A stretch of 64,000 nt of DNA from Macrostomum hystrix (Eukaryota; Animalia; Platyhelminthes): contig CATNEN010000038.1 of the NCBI GenBank assembly GCA_950097015.1, forward strand, positions 21,948,001 to 22,012,000. The letters are read 5' to 3'. Positions 23,201 to 34,075 of this stretch are shown here, one piece after another; position 1 is the first letter of the stretch, and each line of letters starts with the position of its first letter. The position numbers were made by a program, and so were the translations under genes. The notes below the pieces were generated by a model, which was not told where the DNA came from, made no database searches, and saw nothing but the letters and a program-made list of their open reading frames with translations.

Positions 23201-26200
23201 TCCAGACGTGCATCCACAAGAAGGCCACAAGTTGTTACCGATGGGTCATTCAACCGCAATTGTGAGAATGAGATTGAAGACCATGTTCTTAAGGTTCAGC
23301 AGAAAGAAAATTTGCCTTCACTTTCCACAAATGCTCACCAAACAGAACCTTCAGCGTTTTCGCAGCTTGAAAGTGAGGAAGGCTTGCAGACTCCTTGCTT
23401 CTCTGACGAATCCACAGTTCCAGAGTGCTTGAAGCATCCTTTTGATAATCAGTTTATAAAAATGCGGAATGCCTTTTTTGAGGAGAGCATGCGATTTGTA
23501 TCGAATATAAAAATGTGTGCCATTTGCAAAGAGAAGTTTCCCGGTGTTTATTTCCGGAATGAAAGCGATTTAAACTGTCAGCGTTGCATTTCCGATAAAT
23601 CCAACCCGAAAAAGTTTAGTGATGACAACAATATCAATCCGTGCGAGCAACCCGAAGAATTACGCGACTTGACTGTGGCTGAGCAGATGTTGATATCGCC
23701 TGTACTAAGTGTACTGACAATATTTAGGCTGTTTCCCCAAGGACAGTTAAGTTCTCATGGACATGGCATATTGTTTCCACAGGATCAGTCTGACGTTGTA
23801 AAAATGCTGCCGAGAAAATCACTTCCAGTAGTTCTTTTGTATGAATCGCATGAGCAGCAGAAACAGCAAGATCTGGAAAATGCGAGTGTAAAGAAAAATC
23901 TGAATGCATTCACGAATAAACTTCGAGTTCGGCGACAAAAAGTGGTCACCGCAATTAAATATCTAATGCAAAATAATAAATACTTCAAGGAGTACGCCAT
24001 TAATCTCGATGAAGAGGCCATTGCAGCGTTACCCGAAGATGATATAATGTGTGGTCTACTAACAATGTTTGCATCTGAAATGGCGGATAGAAATCCAAAA
24101 TCTGCTGAAAAGATAAATTTGCAGAAAAACTCCGACGACGATGCAGAGACCCACAGTAGTGACAGTATTAGTGCTGTACTTATGGAATCCCCACTGCGAG
24201 AACTGGAAGACAAAGTTCGCCAAAAGCTTCTGGAAGAGAAGCTGCGGTGGCCAAAGTCAAGCAGACATCCTGTGAATGAATTTCGACAGGAGGGCTTGTT
24301 CACACTTGCATTTCCTCATCTATTTCCTGATGGAAGTGGTGACTACCGTAGTCCTCGAATTCAATCTATCAGCATAGGAGATTATGGATTGCATTTAATG
24401 CGATTCCATTGTTCACGATTTCGATGCGATCCTCGGTTTCGCTTTTTTCTAGAAAACATGATTATGCGATGGCGCGCTTTAGAATTAGGTCGCGTTTATG
24501 TCAGCCAGAAAGGTTGTGCCAATTTAAATGCGGAGCAAATGAAAGAACGCCTCAAGGATCCCGAGGTTCTTGCTAGTGTAAGCGCCCGAGGTATGATGTT
24601 ACGAGGGACAAAATCCTATTGGGAGTTGCAGAGGCGTCGCTTGGAAGCAATGATACAGACGATTGGATTGCCTCATTTATTTGTCACTCTGTCTGCTGCA
24701 GATGTGCATTGGCCAGAATTACGCGCATTTTGGCAAAGTGAACAGTCTGAAGATGGTTCCCCAAACTTACTGCAGAAGCTTCTAACAGATCCAGGATTAG
24801 CTGACACCGTCTTTTGGAATCGCTTCGAAATTTTCACGCGGCGCTTTTTTATTGACCATTGGAAGGTTAGAGATTTTTGGTTCAGAGTTGAATACCAGAG
24901 TAGAGGCAGTCCACATATTCACGGCCTCGTGTGGTTGCCTGACGGCTTCGATGTCAGATCCGAAAAAGTAACTGAAGAACAAATGCGCGCCTTCGTTGAT
25001 AAGTACACAACAAGCATTAACGTGGCAATTGATGGATCGGAGAGTGGAAATAATGTGCGCTATCAAAAAATTCCTCCTGAGAGGCATCCATCTCGTTCGA
25101 ATCCAACCCAAATTGTCAATAATAAGGCTGATTTACAATTGATTGCTCACTTAATCCAACGTCACAGTCGCTGCAGCGAAAAGTGCTTGCGCACTCAACA
25201 TGGCAAAGATCTGTGCCGATTTAAGTACCCAAGACAACTTAGGGAAGTGACTACTGCAAAGAGAATTTCACGACTGCACTGGGAGGTTGAAACACAACGA
25301 AATGACGACCGAATGGGTATATATAACCCCCAAGTTTTGTGCGCATGGCGTGCCAACGTAGACGTTCAAGTTGTTGTTTCACCAAAGTGTCTGGTCCGAT
25401 ATTTGATAAAGTATACAAGCAAAGGTGAAGTGCCCTCAAAGCATTTGGAAAAGTTAAGTGGCGAAGCTGCATTGGAAGCAGAGAAAGAGCAAGCAGATAT
25501 GCAAAACGGAAACGCTATTGATGGTCGCCCACGGACAGACAGAGCTCAGCGAATTGTTCAACAGCAATTAATGAGTCAGATTGGCGGTCGTGATTATAGT
25601 GCTCAAGAGGTATGCCATCTTTTACTTCAGACTCCGATGTATCGTGCATCGAGAGACTTCGTTTTCGTTCAAACAGGCTACAATAGAATGATTTCTCAGC
25701 GAGGCACATGCAAAAATAGTCTCGACAAGTACAAAAATCGCTCCGCGATGTTTGATGACATGACAATGTTTGAATTCTTCAGTAAGTTGGTATTTGTTCG
25801 AAATCAAGTTGCGTGGAGACCAGAAGGAAGAGAAGCTGTTTTGATCGTTAATCCTACTTTGAGAGCCAATGCTGCCAATCCTGACAAGCAAGAAGAATTC
25901 TTTCGTCAACAAACGCTTCTGTATACTTCGTGGCGCACAGAGCAGGATGCCAAAGGCGTTGCTACCACTTGGCGCGAAGCATACAATCAACGACAAGAAG
26001 TTAATAAGTTAAGACGTGTGCAGAAGAAAAATTTGAAAAATGCTCTCACTAAAAATGCTGTAACTTCGAAACCACTGCACCTAACTCGACAAATGGGGTA
26101 TCATTTTAAAGAGAAGATTCTGCTCTTTCGTGTGAATATAATTTTGTAATGGTAGAGCCTACTATTGTAGCACAGTAAGACAGTGAACAAATCGTTTCGT

Positions 26201-29200
26201 TTTTTTGCACCCACAAAAGTGCATTTCCTCATGCACTTGAAGAGTTTGAGAGGAAATGTCTGAGGGTTATATGTGCGCCTGTCTAAGTCACATGATAATA
26301 TCGGGTTACTTTTTTTAATTGGTTCAAAAAGTTGGCACTTTGGTGACAAAACGTGCAAAAGAAGAAAGTGTGCACTTTTCGTTTTTTCGAAGTTGTGCTG
26401 GAACCAAAGAAGCTAGAATGATGCACTATGCGTCAATCGATGCGAAATTCGAAGTTGCATAAGTGTGTAAAGTTTCAAATCTTAATCTTCTTGCATGCCG
26501 AAGTTATTTAAGGAATACTGAAAATCCCGTTCTCAAACTGCTTTCCGAAAAAGTGCTCATTATAATTTATGGAATGTGCTAGAGACAAGCGAATGCCATC
26601 ATTTGTTTCCTAACTTACTGTAGTTTAATGGTATGCAAGGAGTTTTTTCTATACGGAGTGGATCCCTGTGAAAATTGCTGTCGAAGTTGAAAAAGTAACT
26701 TTTTTCTTCAGCTCTGTATTTTTGGCAAGTCATTTCGCCGATTAACTATCACTGTGATAGTTAGAAGTCAGAGTCAGAACCCAAGGCCAACACAGCCAAA
26801 CCATAGGCAGGCTGCCTGCCTTTCCTTCCTAACCTATCCCTCCCGGGGTATCCCATCGTTCCTTCCTTCCTTCGCTTCGCATGAATCTCGGATGTACATT
26901 GACACTCACTAATGTACACATTACTTCCGAGCGAGACAAACAGTCTACACCCCTTTCCGCCAGCCGCCACTCAGTAAGCAAATGCCCTTCCCTTGTGTGG
27001 TATTGGAGAAGCCAGCCCTGCAATGCGATAGGATGCAGAGGATTGGTTGGCGTTGGCGGAAGGTGGGGCCTTGGACTGTGGGGTGCGTGCACAGACGGAG
27101 AAGAGAAGGAGAAAGAGATTCACCCTGGACTGTACACTGAACACTGTTGCAAGAAGGGATTGGGGAAGAAGGGACAGACAGTGCGTCCTTTCCAAGAGGT
27201 GGATGGGTTCAGTCGACTGGGATGAAACGATTCAGGCTTTCTCAGGCTTTGTTTCAAGATGCCATTTTAATTGTAGCGTAGAGCGCATCATATCTTCGTC
27301 TCTGACTATTAATTAACATACGTGCTTAATATTTTCCATTCTTTGTTTTCGAAGATCTACAGTAATCAGTAGATGTAGACCTATTCAGGGCAGGTAACTG
27401 CCATGCACTGCCAGTGCCATACTGATGGCAACTGACAGTGCCACTGCCACTGTATCAGCAAGTCCCAGTGCGACTCTGATGGCAACTGACAGTGCCACTG
27501 CCACTGTATCTGCAAGTCCCAGTGCGACTCTGATGGCAACTGACAGTGCCACTGTATCTGCAAGTCCCAGTGCGACTCTGATGGCAACTGACAGTGCCAC
27601 TGTATCTGCAAGTCCCAGTGCGACTCTGATGGCAACTGACAGTGCCACTGTATCTGCAAGTCCCAGTGCGACTCTGATGGCAACTGACAGTGCCACTGCC
27701 ACTGTATCTGCAAGTCCCAGTGCGACTCTGATGGCAACTGACAGTGCCACTGTATCTGCAAGTCCCAGTGCGACTCTGATGGCAACTGACAGTGCCACTG
27801 TATCTGCAAGTCCCAGTGCGACTCTGATGGCAACTGACAGTGCCACTGCATCTGCAAGTCCCAGTTCGACCCTGGTGGTTAAAGAAAGAGAGGACATAAT
27901 TTCCACACTGACTGATGATGTTGCGCACAGTGTGCCTCGCATTTGCCTTCAACGAAGTTCATCAGGTAAGTGGCACATTGCTTCTCTCACACATGTGACT
28001 GCTGTGAATGATTGCATCTCCGATGAACTGCCATTGACTGAATCAGTTGTGGAATGGCGGACCCAAAAGCGACTTCGTAGAAATCGTTCTTCAAAGGCTG
28101 AATTGATGGGGCGACGGTGTCAAGAACCTGAAAATGACACACGTGTTAGCCAGTGCACTCGAACGAGGACGCCCCGTGCAGTGTCAGAATCGACGAACAG
28201 CAAGAGACAAAAGATAGATGAAAAATCGAACCGATTTGCAGCCTTTCCAACCTTTAATGTGGACTTGGATGCTTCAAGTGAGAACTCCAGTACATCCGAA
28301 GATTACTCTTTAGAATGTCAACAAAAAGTCACTCCCACAATCATTCATGCAGAAGCTGAAACGAATCTAAAACAGTCTGCGCCGAATTATAATGGTTCTA
28401 ACTCAAACTTCATTCCAATGCCAGAATTGCACAGAGAGCGTGTTCCTGGAGATGGAAATTGCTTCTTTCATGCTCTCAGCAAATCCTTGCGTGGAACAAA
28501 TCTGGCTCGGAGTAGCGCCGAGCTTCGAGAATTCCTAGGAGAGGCTGCTATTCCTTATCTGAGAGCAATGCAAAATGAAGGTTTTTTCGATGAAGCCGGA
28601 TTTCATGACATAGTTGCTGCAACTTTTTTAACTGGACAATATGTTCCAGATGAGGTTCCTACTGTTATAAGCAGCTGCTTAAATGTAGACATGTACATTT
28701 ATAATGCCGATGGAACAGTGAGAATGCAGCGCACAGTTCAGCAGCCTGCTGCTGTAGTTCGACTATTATTTCACAATGAACACTATGACGTACTACTTCC
28801 TACAGCCAATAATGGCGTTCGTTCGCCTGGATGGTCCAGTGAAGGTGAGCATAGGCGAAAACTAAGAGCTGATAATATGCCCACTACATCGAGTTTTGAA
28901 GGGGATGCGATCGACAAAAACTTTACTTCAAAGAAGCTGCCGAAACCTCGAAAACCATGCAAGCGTCTGCTTCCAACTATTTTTGAGGACAGTACCTCCA
29001 GACGTGCATCCACAAGAAGGCCACAAGTTGTTACCGATGGGTCATTCAACCGCAATTGTGAGAATGAGATTGAAGACCATGTTCTTAAGGTTCAGCAGAA
29101 AGAAAATTTGCCTTCACTTTCCACAAATGCTCACCAAACAGAACCTTCAGCGTTTTCGCAGCTTGAAAGTGAGGAAGGCTTGCAGACTCCTTGCTTCTCT

Positions 29201-31793
29201 GACGAATCCACAGTTCCAGAGTGCTTGAAGCATCCTTTTGATAATCAGTTTATAAAAATGCGGAATGCCTTTTTTGAGGAGAGCATGCGATTTGTATCGA
29301 ATATAAAAATGTGTGCCATTTGCAAAGAGAAGTTTCCCGGTGTTTATTTCCGGAATGAAAGCGATTTAAACTGTCAGCGTTGCATTTCCGATAAATCCAA
29401 CCCGAAAAAGTTTAGTGATGACAACAATATCAATCCGTGCGAGCAACCCGAAGAATTACGCGACTTGACTGTGGCTGAGCAGATGTTGATATCGCCTGTA
29501 CTAAGTGTACTGACAATATTTAGGCTGTTTCCCCAAGGACAGTTAAGTTCTCATGGACATGGCATATTGTTTCCACAGGATCAGTCTGACGTTGTAAAAA
29601 TGCTGCCGAGAAAATCACTTCCAGTAGTTCTTTTGTATGAATCGCATGAGCAGCAGAAACAGCAAGATCTGGAAAATGCGAGTGTAAAGAAAAATCTGAA
29701 TGCATTCACGAATAAACTTCGAGTTCGGCGACAAAAAGTGGTCACCGCAATTAAATATCTAATGCAAAATAATAAATACTTCAAGGAGTACGCCATTAAT
29801 CTCGATGAAGAGGCCATTGCAGCGTTACCCGAAGATGATATAATGTGTGGTCTACTAACAATGTTTGCATCTGAAATGGCGGATAGAAATCCAAAATCTG
29901 CTGAAAAGATAAATTTGCAGAAAAACTCCGACGACGATGCAGAGACCCACAGTAGTGACAGTATTAGTGCTGTACTTATGGAATCCCCACTGCGAGAACT
30001 GGAAGACAAAGTTCGCCAAAAGCTTCTGGAAGAGAAGCTGCGGTGGCCAAAGTCAAGCAGACATCCTGTGAATGAATTTCGACAGGAGGGCTTGTTCACA
30101 CTTGCATTTCCTCATCTATTTCCTGATGGAAGTGGTGACTACCGTAGTCCTCGAATTCAATCTATCAGCATAGGAGATTATGGATTGCATTTAATGCGAT
30201 TCCATTGTTCACGATTTCGATGCGATCCTCGGTTTCGCTTTTTTCTAGAAAACATGATTATGCGATGGCGCGCTTTAGAATTAGGTCGCGTTTATGTCAG
30301 CCAGAAAGGTTGTGCCAATTTAAATGCGGAGCAAATGAAAGAACGCCTCAAGGATCCCGAGGTTCTTGCTAGTGTAAGCGCCCGAGGTATGATGTTACGA
30401 GGGACAAAATCCTATTGGGAGTTGCAGAGGCGTCGCTTGGAAGCAATGATACAGACGATTGGATTGCCTCATTTATTTGTCACTCTGTCTGCTGCAGATG
30501 TGCATTGGCCAGAATTACGCGCATTTTGGCAAAGTGAACAGTCTGAAGATGGTTCCCCAAACTTACTGCAGAAGCTTCTAACAGATCCAGGATTAGCTGA
30601 CACCGTCTTTTGGAATCGCTTCGAAATTTTCACGCGGCGCTTTTTTATTGACCATTGGAAGGTTAGAGATTTTTGGTTCAGAGTTGAATACCAGAGTAGA
30701 GGCAGTCCACATATTCACGGCCTCGTGTGGTTGCCTGACGGCTTCGATGTCAGATCCGAAAAAGTAACTGAAGAACAAATGCGCGCCTTCGTTGATAAGT
30801 ACACAACAAGCATTAACGTGGCAATTGATGGATCGGAGAGTGGAAATAATGTGCGCTATCAAAAAATTCCTCCTGAGAGGCATCCATCTCGTTCGAATCC
30901 AACCCAAATTGTCAATAATAAGGCTGATTTACAATTGATTGCTCACTTAATCCAACGTCACAGTCGCTGCAGCGAAAAGTGCTTGCGCACTCAACATGGC
31001 AAAGATCTGTGCCGATTTAAGTACCCAAGACAACTTAGGGAAGTGACTACTGCAAAGAGAATTTCACGACTGCACTGGGAGGTTGAAACACAACGAAATG
31101 ACGACCGAATGGGTATATATAACCCCCAAGTTTTGTGCGCATGGCGTGCCAACGTAGACGTTCAAGTTGTTGTTTCACCAAAGTGTCTGGTCCGATATTT
31201 GATAAAGTATACAAGCAAAGGTGAAGTGCCCTCAAAGCATTTGGAAAAGTTAAGTGGCGAAGCTGCATTGGAAGCAGAGAAAGAGCAAGCAGATATGCAA
31301 AACGGAAACGCTATTGATGGTCGCCCACGGACAGACAGAGCTCAGCGAATTGTTCAACAGCAATTAATGAGTCAGATTGGCGGTCGTGATTATAGTGCTC
31401 AAGAGGTATGCCATCTTTTACTTCAGACTCCGATGTATCGTGCATCGAGAGACTTCGTTTTCGTTCAAACAGGCTACAATAGAATGATTTCTCAGCGAGG
31501 CACATGCAAAAATAGTCTCGACAAGTACAAAAATCGCTCCGCGATGTTTGATGACATGACAATGTTTGAATTCTTCAGTAAGTTGGTATTTGTTCGAAAT
31601 CAAGTTGCGTGGAGACCAGAAGGAAGAGAAGCTGTTTTGATCGTTAATCCTACTTTGAGAGCCAATGCTGCCAATCCTGACAAGCAAGAAGAATTCTTTC
31701 GTCAACAAACGCTTCTGTATACTTCGTGGCGCACAGAGCAGGATGCCAAAGGCGTTGCTACCACTTGGCGCGAAGCATACAATCAACGACAAG
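20203..31793 (+). repeat. Tandem duplication 20203-25997 = 25999-31793 (period 5796), with one unassigned A at 25998
   Basis: All ORF-track entries repeat with offset 5796 and identical translations; junction CGACAAG-A-AGTTAATAAG. Confidence 0.97.
21629..26149 (+). CDS. Truncated Helitron protein: Ser/Thr/Ala repeats, OTU and HUH Rep, no helicase; last ~50 aa read through into the duplicated 5' region
   Basis: Identical to 27425-33700 up to ...REAYNQRQ, then continues EVNKLRR...IIL. Confidence 0.8.
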   Translation: MATDSATATVSASPSATLMATDSATATVSASPSATLMATDSATVSASPSATLMATDSATVSASPSATLMATDSATVSASPSATLMATDSATATVSASPSATLMATDSATVSASPSATLMATDSATVSASPSATLMATDSATASASPSSTLVVKEREDIISTLTDDVAHSVPRICLQRSSSGKWHIASLTHVTAVNDCISDELPLTESVVEWRTQKRLRRNRSSKAELMGRRCQEPENDTRVSQCTRTRTPRAVSESTNSKRQKIDEKSNRFAAFPTFNVDLDASSENSSTSEDYSLECQQKVTPTIIHAEAETNLKQSAPNYNGSNSNFIPMPELHRERVPGDGNCFFHALSKSLRGTNLARSSAELREFLGEAAIPYLRAMQNEGFFDEAGFHDIVAATFLTGQYVPDEVPTVISSCLNVDMYIYNADGTVRMQRTVQQPAAVVRLLFHNEHYDVLLPTANNGVRSPGWSSEGEHRRKLRADNMPTTSSFEGDAIDKNFTSKKLPKPRKPCKRLLPTIFEDSTSRRASTRRPQVVTDGSFNRNCENEIEDHVLKVQQKENLPSLSTNAHQTEPSAFSQLESEEGLQTPCFSDESTVPECLKHPFDNQFIKMRNAFFEESMRFVSNIKMCAICKEKFPGVYFRNESDLNCQRCISDKSNPKKFSDDNNINPCEQPEELRDLTVAEQMLISPVLSVLTIFRLFPQGQLSSHGHGILFPQDQSDVVKMLPRKSLPVVLLYESHEQQKQQDLENASVKKNLNAFTNKLRVRRQKVVTAIKYLMQNNKYFKEYAINLDEEAIAALPEDDIMCGLLTMFASEMADRNPKSAEKINLQKNSDDDAETHSSDSISAVLMESPLRELEDKVRQKLLEEKLRWPKSSRHPVNEFRQEGLFTLAFPHLFPDGSGDYRSPRIQSISIGDYGLHLMRFHCSRFRCDPRFRFFLENMIMRWRALELGRVYVSQKGCANLNAEQMKERLKDPEVLASVSARGMMLRGTKSYWELQRRRLEAMIQTIGLPHLFVTLSAADVHWPELRAFWQSEQSEDGSPNLLQKLLTDPGLADTVFWNRFEIFTRRFFIDHWKVRDFWFRVEYQSRGSPHIHGLVWLPDGFDVRSEKVTEEQMRAFVDKYTTSINVAIDGSESGNNVRYQKIPPERHPSRSNPTQIVNNKADLQLIAHLIQRHSRCSEKCLRTQHGKDLCRFKYPRQLREVTTAKRISRLHWEVETQRNDDRMGIYNPQVLCAWRANVDVQVVVSPKCLVRYLIKYTSKGEVPSKHLEKLSGEAALEAEKEQADMQNGNAIDGRPRTDRAQRIVQQQLMSQIGGRDYSAQEVCHLLLQTPMYRASRDFVFVQTGYNRMISQRGTCKNSLDKYKNRSAMFDDMTMFEFFSKLVFVRNQVAWRPEGREAVLIVNPTLRANAANPDKQEEFFRQQTLLYTSWRTEQDAKGVATTWREAYNQRQEVNKLRRVQKKNLKNALTKNAVTSKPLHLTRQMGYHFKEKILLFRVNIIL

Positions 31794-33700
31794 CTGAATC
31801 AGATGAATTCTGCCCTCTCATCGTTACAAATTTGGTACAGCTTCAGCGTGACGAAGCAGATGCCATGCAACAAGCTCAAGCAGATCGTGCACCAGATCTT
31901 CCGGTAGAGAATGCTGCTTCTGTTGCTGAACCTTCACGGCCCGATGTCAGACAGGAAGAGTGGATGCAAATGCTAGCTACACGTCATGATGAAGCCATGC
32001 AGGATCCGAGGACTCGATTGTTAAATAGATTCCCACCTGTGCCAGCAGATTATGACTGGAGTTCGTCTATGATCCGATTCCCCTCATTAGTGGAGGCTAG
32101 CGAGCTAATAAGAAACATAAAGTCAAATTCAAAAGGATTGGTCGATGGAGGTGAAGCTGTTGTATGTCTAAGGCAGTTGAATGTAAAGCAGCGACAGGTG
32201 TATGATTTAGTTTCTAATCATTTGCAATGCCTTGATAACGAACGTCAAACTGCTTCTTTCGAAGGTGCGGTTTCGAAAGTGCAGCCACTGCGTCTCATCA
32301 TTTACGGTAGTGCTGGAAGTGGAAAAAGTTTTGTCATCAGTGCACTGAAGCAGCTTCTAGGCAACAGATGCCGCCTTTTCGCTCCAACTGGTGTTGCCGC
32401 TTACAATATTGGAGGCGAAACCCTTCACTCAGCGCTACGAATAACGACTGGAAGGAAACAAAAGTGGAACAATGAAGCTTCTCCAATGTCTGGGCGTGCA
32501 TTAGCAAATCTTCAAAATGATTTTGCTCAGGTTGACTACCTAATTATGGACGAATTTAGTATGATAGGTCAGCAGTTGCTTGCATCAGTGGACGCTCGAT
32601 TAAGGATGGCTTTTCCGCGTAGCAAGGAGTGCACTTTCGGAGGGCGTTCAATTATCCTTGTTGGTGATGTTTTTCAACTGCCACCCGTTCTAGACTCTGC
32701 TTTGTACTCATCTGTTGCCGTCAATCGAACAAAACTGCAAACCAGTTTTAAAGCTGCAAGTGAATCGAAAAAGTTGGGTAGAATGTTGTACTTGGAGTTC
32801 CGTACTGTCATTCATCTTGATCAATTAGTACGTCAGGCACAAGATCAACGCTTTGCTGAATTGTTGCAGAAGATTCGTGAAGGGAATGCAAATAGAGACA
32901 CATACAATGTTCTCATGAGTAAGGAGTGTCGTGTTGCAGCGTCTGATTTGATGCCTCCGGAGTTTAACGAAGAGTGTACCCATCTGTATCATACAAATAA
33001 ACGAGTCCTTGAAGAAAATTATCACAAACTAGCAGAGTTGTGTACTAACTCGGGTCAACCCGTATGCATCGTCAATGCTTTATTAACAGGTTCCATTCCT
33101 TCAGACAAACGTTCCGATTGTTTCTCAGGGCTCCATGAGGAATTGTTTCTGGCTGTCGGCTGCCGAGTAATGCTAACAAGAAACATATCAGTGAGACATG
33201 GCTTAGTAAATGGATCCACAGGAACTGTTCGAGGAATATGCTTCTCACCTGGCACAAAACCACCCAGCTTACCATCCGTTGTTTGGGTTGAATTTGATAA
33301 ATACAATGGCCCTTCTATGCAAGTGGCTAATCCATGCTTTCAGCAACAAGGACTAAATGAAATGTGTAATGTTGTTCCAATTCTACCCATTACTCTTGCT
33401 GTTTCAGAAGTTGATTCTTTATCCAGTATAAAGCAATTGCCAATCAAGCTAGCTTGGGCTATAACTGTCCACAAGTCTCAGGGGCTCACTTTGAATAAAG
33501 TCTTTGTAGACTTGGGCCATTCTGGTTCTAAGAAAGAGGCTTCTGGATTGCTATACACTGCACTGAGCCGCGTTAGACGACTAGCTGACATTCGCGTAAA
33601 CGCATGCGACTATGATCGGTTTTTAAAGTTGTGTGGAAAGGAGACTGTGAAAGTAAAAGTTGCAGAACAGAAACGACTTCTTCGCCTGCAGCCCCAATAG
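27425..33700 (+). CDS. Helitron2/Helentron RepHel transposase, 2091 aa: OTU cysteine protease, CxxC...CxxC zinc motif, HUH Rep and Pif1-family helicase
   Basis: OTU VPGDGNCFFHALS...FHNEHYD; Rep FVTLSAADVHWPEL, VEYQSRGSPHIHGLVW, YLIKYTSK; helicase GSAGSGKS, APTGVAAYNIGGETLHS, DEFSM, GDVFQLPPV, AITVHKSQGLTL, YTALSRVR; no C-terminal endonuclease. Confidence 0.95.
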   Translation: MATDSATATVSASPSATLMATDSATATVSASPSATLMATDSATVSASPSATLMATDSATVSASPSATLMATDSATVSASPSATLMATDSATATVSASPSATLMATDSATVSASPSATLMATDSATVSASPSATLMATDSATASASPSSTLVVKEREDIISTLTDDVAHSVPRICLQRSSSGKWHIASLTHVTAVNDCISDELPLTESVVEWRTQKRLRRNRSSKAELMGRRCQEPENDTRVSQCTRTRTPRAVSESTNSKRQKIDEKSNRFAAFPTFNVDLDASSENSSTSEDYSLECQQKVTPTIIHAEAETNLKQSAPNYNGSNSNFIPMPELHRERVPGDGNCFFHALSKSLRGTNLARSSAELREFLGEAAIPYLRAMQNEGFFDEAGFHDIVAATFLTGQYVPDEVPTVISSCLNVDMYIYNADGTVRMQRTVQQPAAVVRLLFHNEHYDVLLPTANNGVRSPGWSSEGEHRRKLRADNMPTTSSFEGDAIDKNFTSKKLPKPRKPCKRLLPTIFEDSTSRRASTRRPQVVTDGSFNRNCENEIEDHVLKVQQKENLPSLSTNAHQTEPSAFSQLESEEGLQTPCFSDESTVPECLKHPFDNQFIKMRNAFFEESMRFVSNIKMCAICKEKFPGVYFRNESDLNCQRCISDKSNPKKFSDDNNINPCEQPEELRDLTVAEQMLISPVLSVLTIFRLFPQGQLSSHGHGILFPQDQSDVVKMLPRKSLPVVLLYESHEQQKQQDLENASVKKNLNAFTNKLRVRRQKVVTAIKYLMQNNKYFKEYAINLDEEAIAALPEDDIMCGLLTMFASEMADRNPKSAEKINLQKNSDDDAETHSSDSISAVLMESPLRELEDKVRQKLLEEKLRWPKSSRHPVNEFRQEGLFTLAFPHLFPDGSGDYRSPRIQSISIGDYGLHLMRFHCSRFRCDPRFRFFLENMIMRWRALELGRVYVSQKGCANLNAEQMKERLKDPEVLASVSARGMMLRGTKSYWELQRRRLEAMIQTIGLPHLFVTLSAADVHWPELRAFWQSEQSEDGSPNLLQKLLTDPGLADTVFWNRFEIFTRRFFIDHWKVRDFWFRVEYQSRGSPHIHGLVWLPDGFDVRSEKVTEEQMRAFVDKYTTSINVAIDGSESGNNVRYQKIPPERHPSRSNPTQIVNNKADLQLIAHLIQRHSRCSEKCLRTQHGKDLCRFKYPRQLREVTTAKRISRLHWEVETQRNDDRMGIYNPQVLCAWRANVDVQVVVSPKCLVRYLIKYTSKGEVPSKHLEKLSGEAALEAEKEQADMQNGNAIDGRPRTDRAQRIVQQQLMSQIGGRDYSAQEVCHLLLQTPMYRASRDFVFVQTGYNRMISQRGTCKNSLDKYKNRSAMFDDMTMFEFFSKLVFVRNQVAWRPEGREAVLIVNPTLRANAANPDKQEEFFRQQTLLYTSWRTEQDAKGVATTWREAYNQRQAESDEFCPLIVTNLVQLQRDEADAMQQAQADRAPDLPVENAASVAEPSRPDVRQEEWMQMLATRHDEAMQDPRTRLLNRFPPVPADYDWSSSMIRFPSLVEASELIRNIKSNSKGLVDGGEAVVCLRQLNVKQRQVYDLVSNHLQCLDNERQTASFEGAVSKVQPLRLIIYGSAGSGKSFVISALKQLLGNRCRLFAPTGVAAYNIGGETLHSALRITTGRKQKWNNEASPMSGRALANLQNDFAQVDYLIMDEFSMIGQQLLASVDARLRMAFPRSKECTFGGRSIILVGDVFQLPPVLDSALYSSVAVNRTKLQTSFKAASESKKLGRMLYLEFRTVIHLDQLVRQAQDQRFAELLQKIREGNANRDTYNVLMSKECRVAASDLMPPEFNEECTHLYHTNKRVLEENYHKLAELCTNSGQPVCIVNALLTGSIPSDKRSDCFSGLHEELFLAVGCRVMLTRNISVRHGLVNGSTGTVRGICFSPGTKPPSLPSVVWVEFDKYNGPSMQVANPCFQQQGLNEMCNVVPILPITLAVSEVDSLSSIKQLPIKLAWAITVHKSQGLTLNKVFVDLGHSGSKKEASGLLYTALSRVRRLADIRVNACDYDRFLKLCGKETVKVKVAEQKRLLRLQPQ

Positions 33701-33719
33701 TAAAATTTAAATATTCTAC

Positions 33720-34075
33720 CTGGCCTGTCTGCCAGCTTGTCTACTGGTCTATTCTGGTCTGTCTACTGACTTATCTACTGTTCTATTCTGGCCTGTCTAC
33801 TGGCTTGTCTACTGGTCTATGTTGGCCTGTCTACCGGTTTGTCTACTGGTCTATGTTGGCCCGTCTACCGGTTTGTCTACTGGTCTATGTTGGCCTGTCT
33901 ACCGGTTTGTCTACTGGTCTATGTTGGCCTGTCTACCGGTTTGTCTACTGGTCTATGTTGGCCTGTCTACCGGTTTGTCTACTGGTCTATGTTGGCCTGT
34001 TTACTGCTGGCCTGTTAACTGTCTGTCGGCTTGTCTACTGGTCTATGCTGGCTGGCCTGTCTGCCTATTTGTCTA
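33720..34075. repeat. 34-bp repeat (ACTGGTCTATGTTGGCCTGTCTACCGGTTTGTCT) in the Helitron 3' region
   Basis: Period 34 (33811, 33845...) built from 11-12-bp subunits. Confidence 0.85.
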
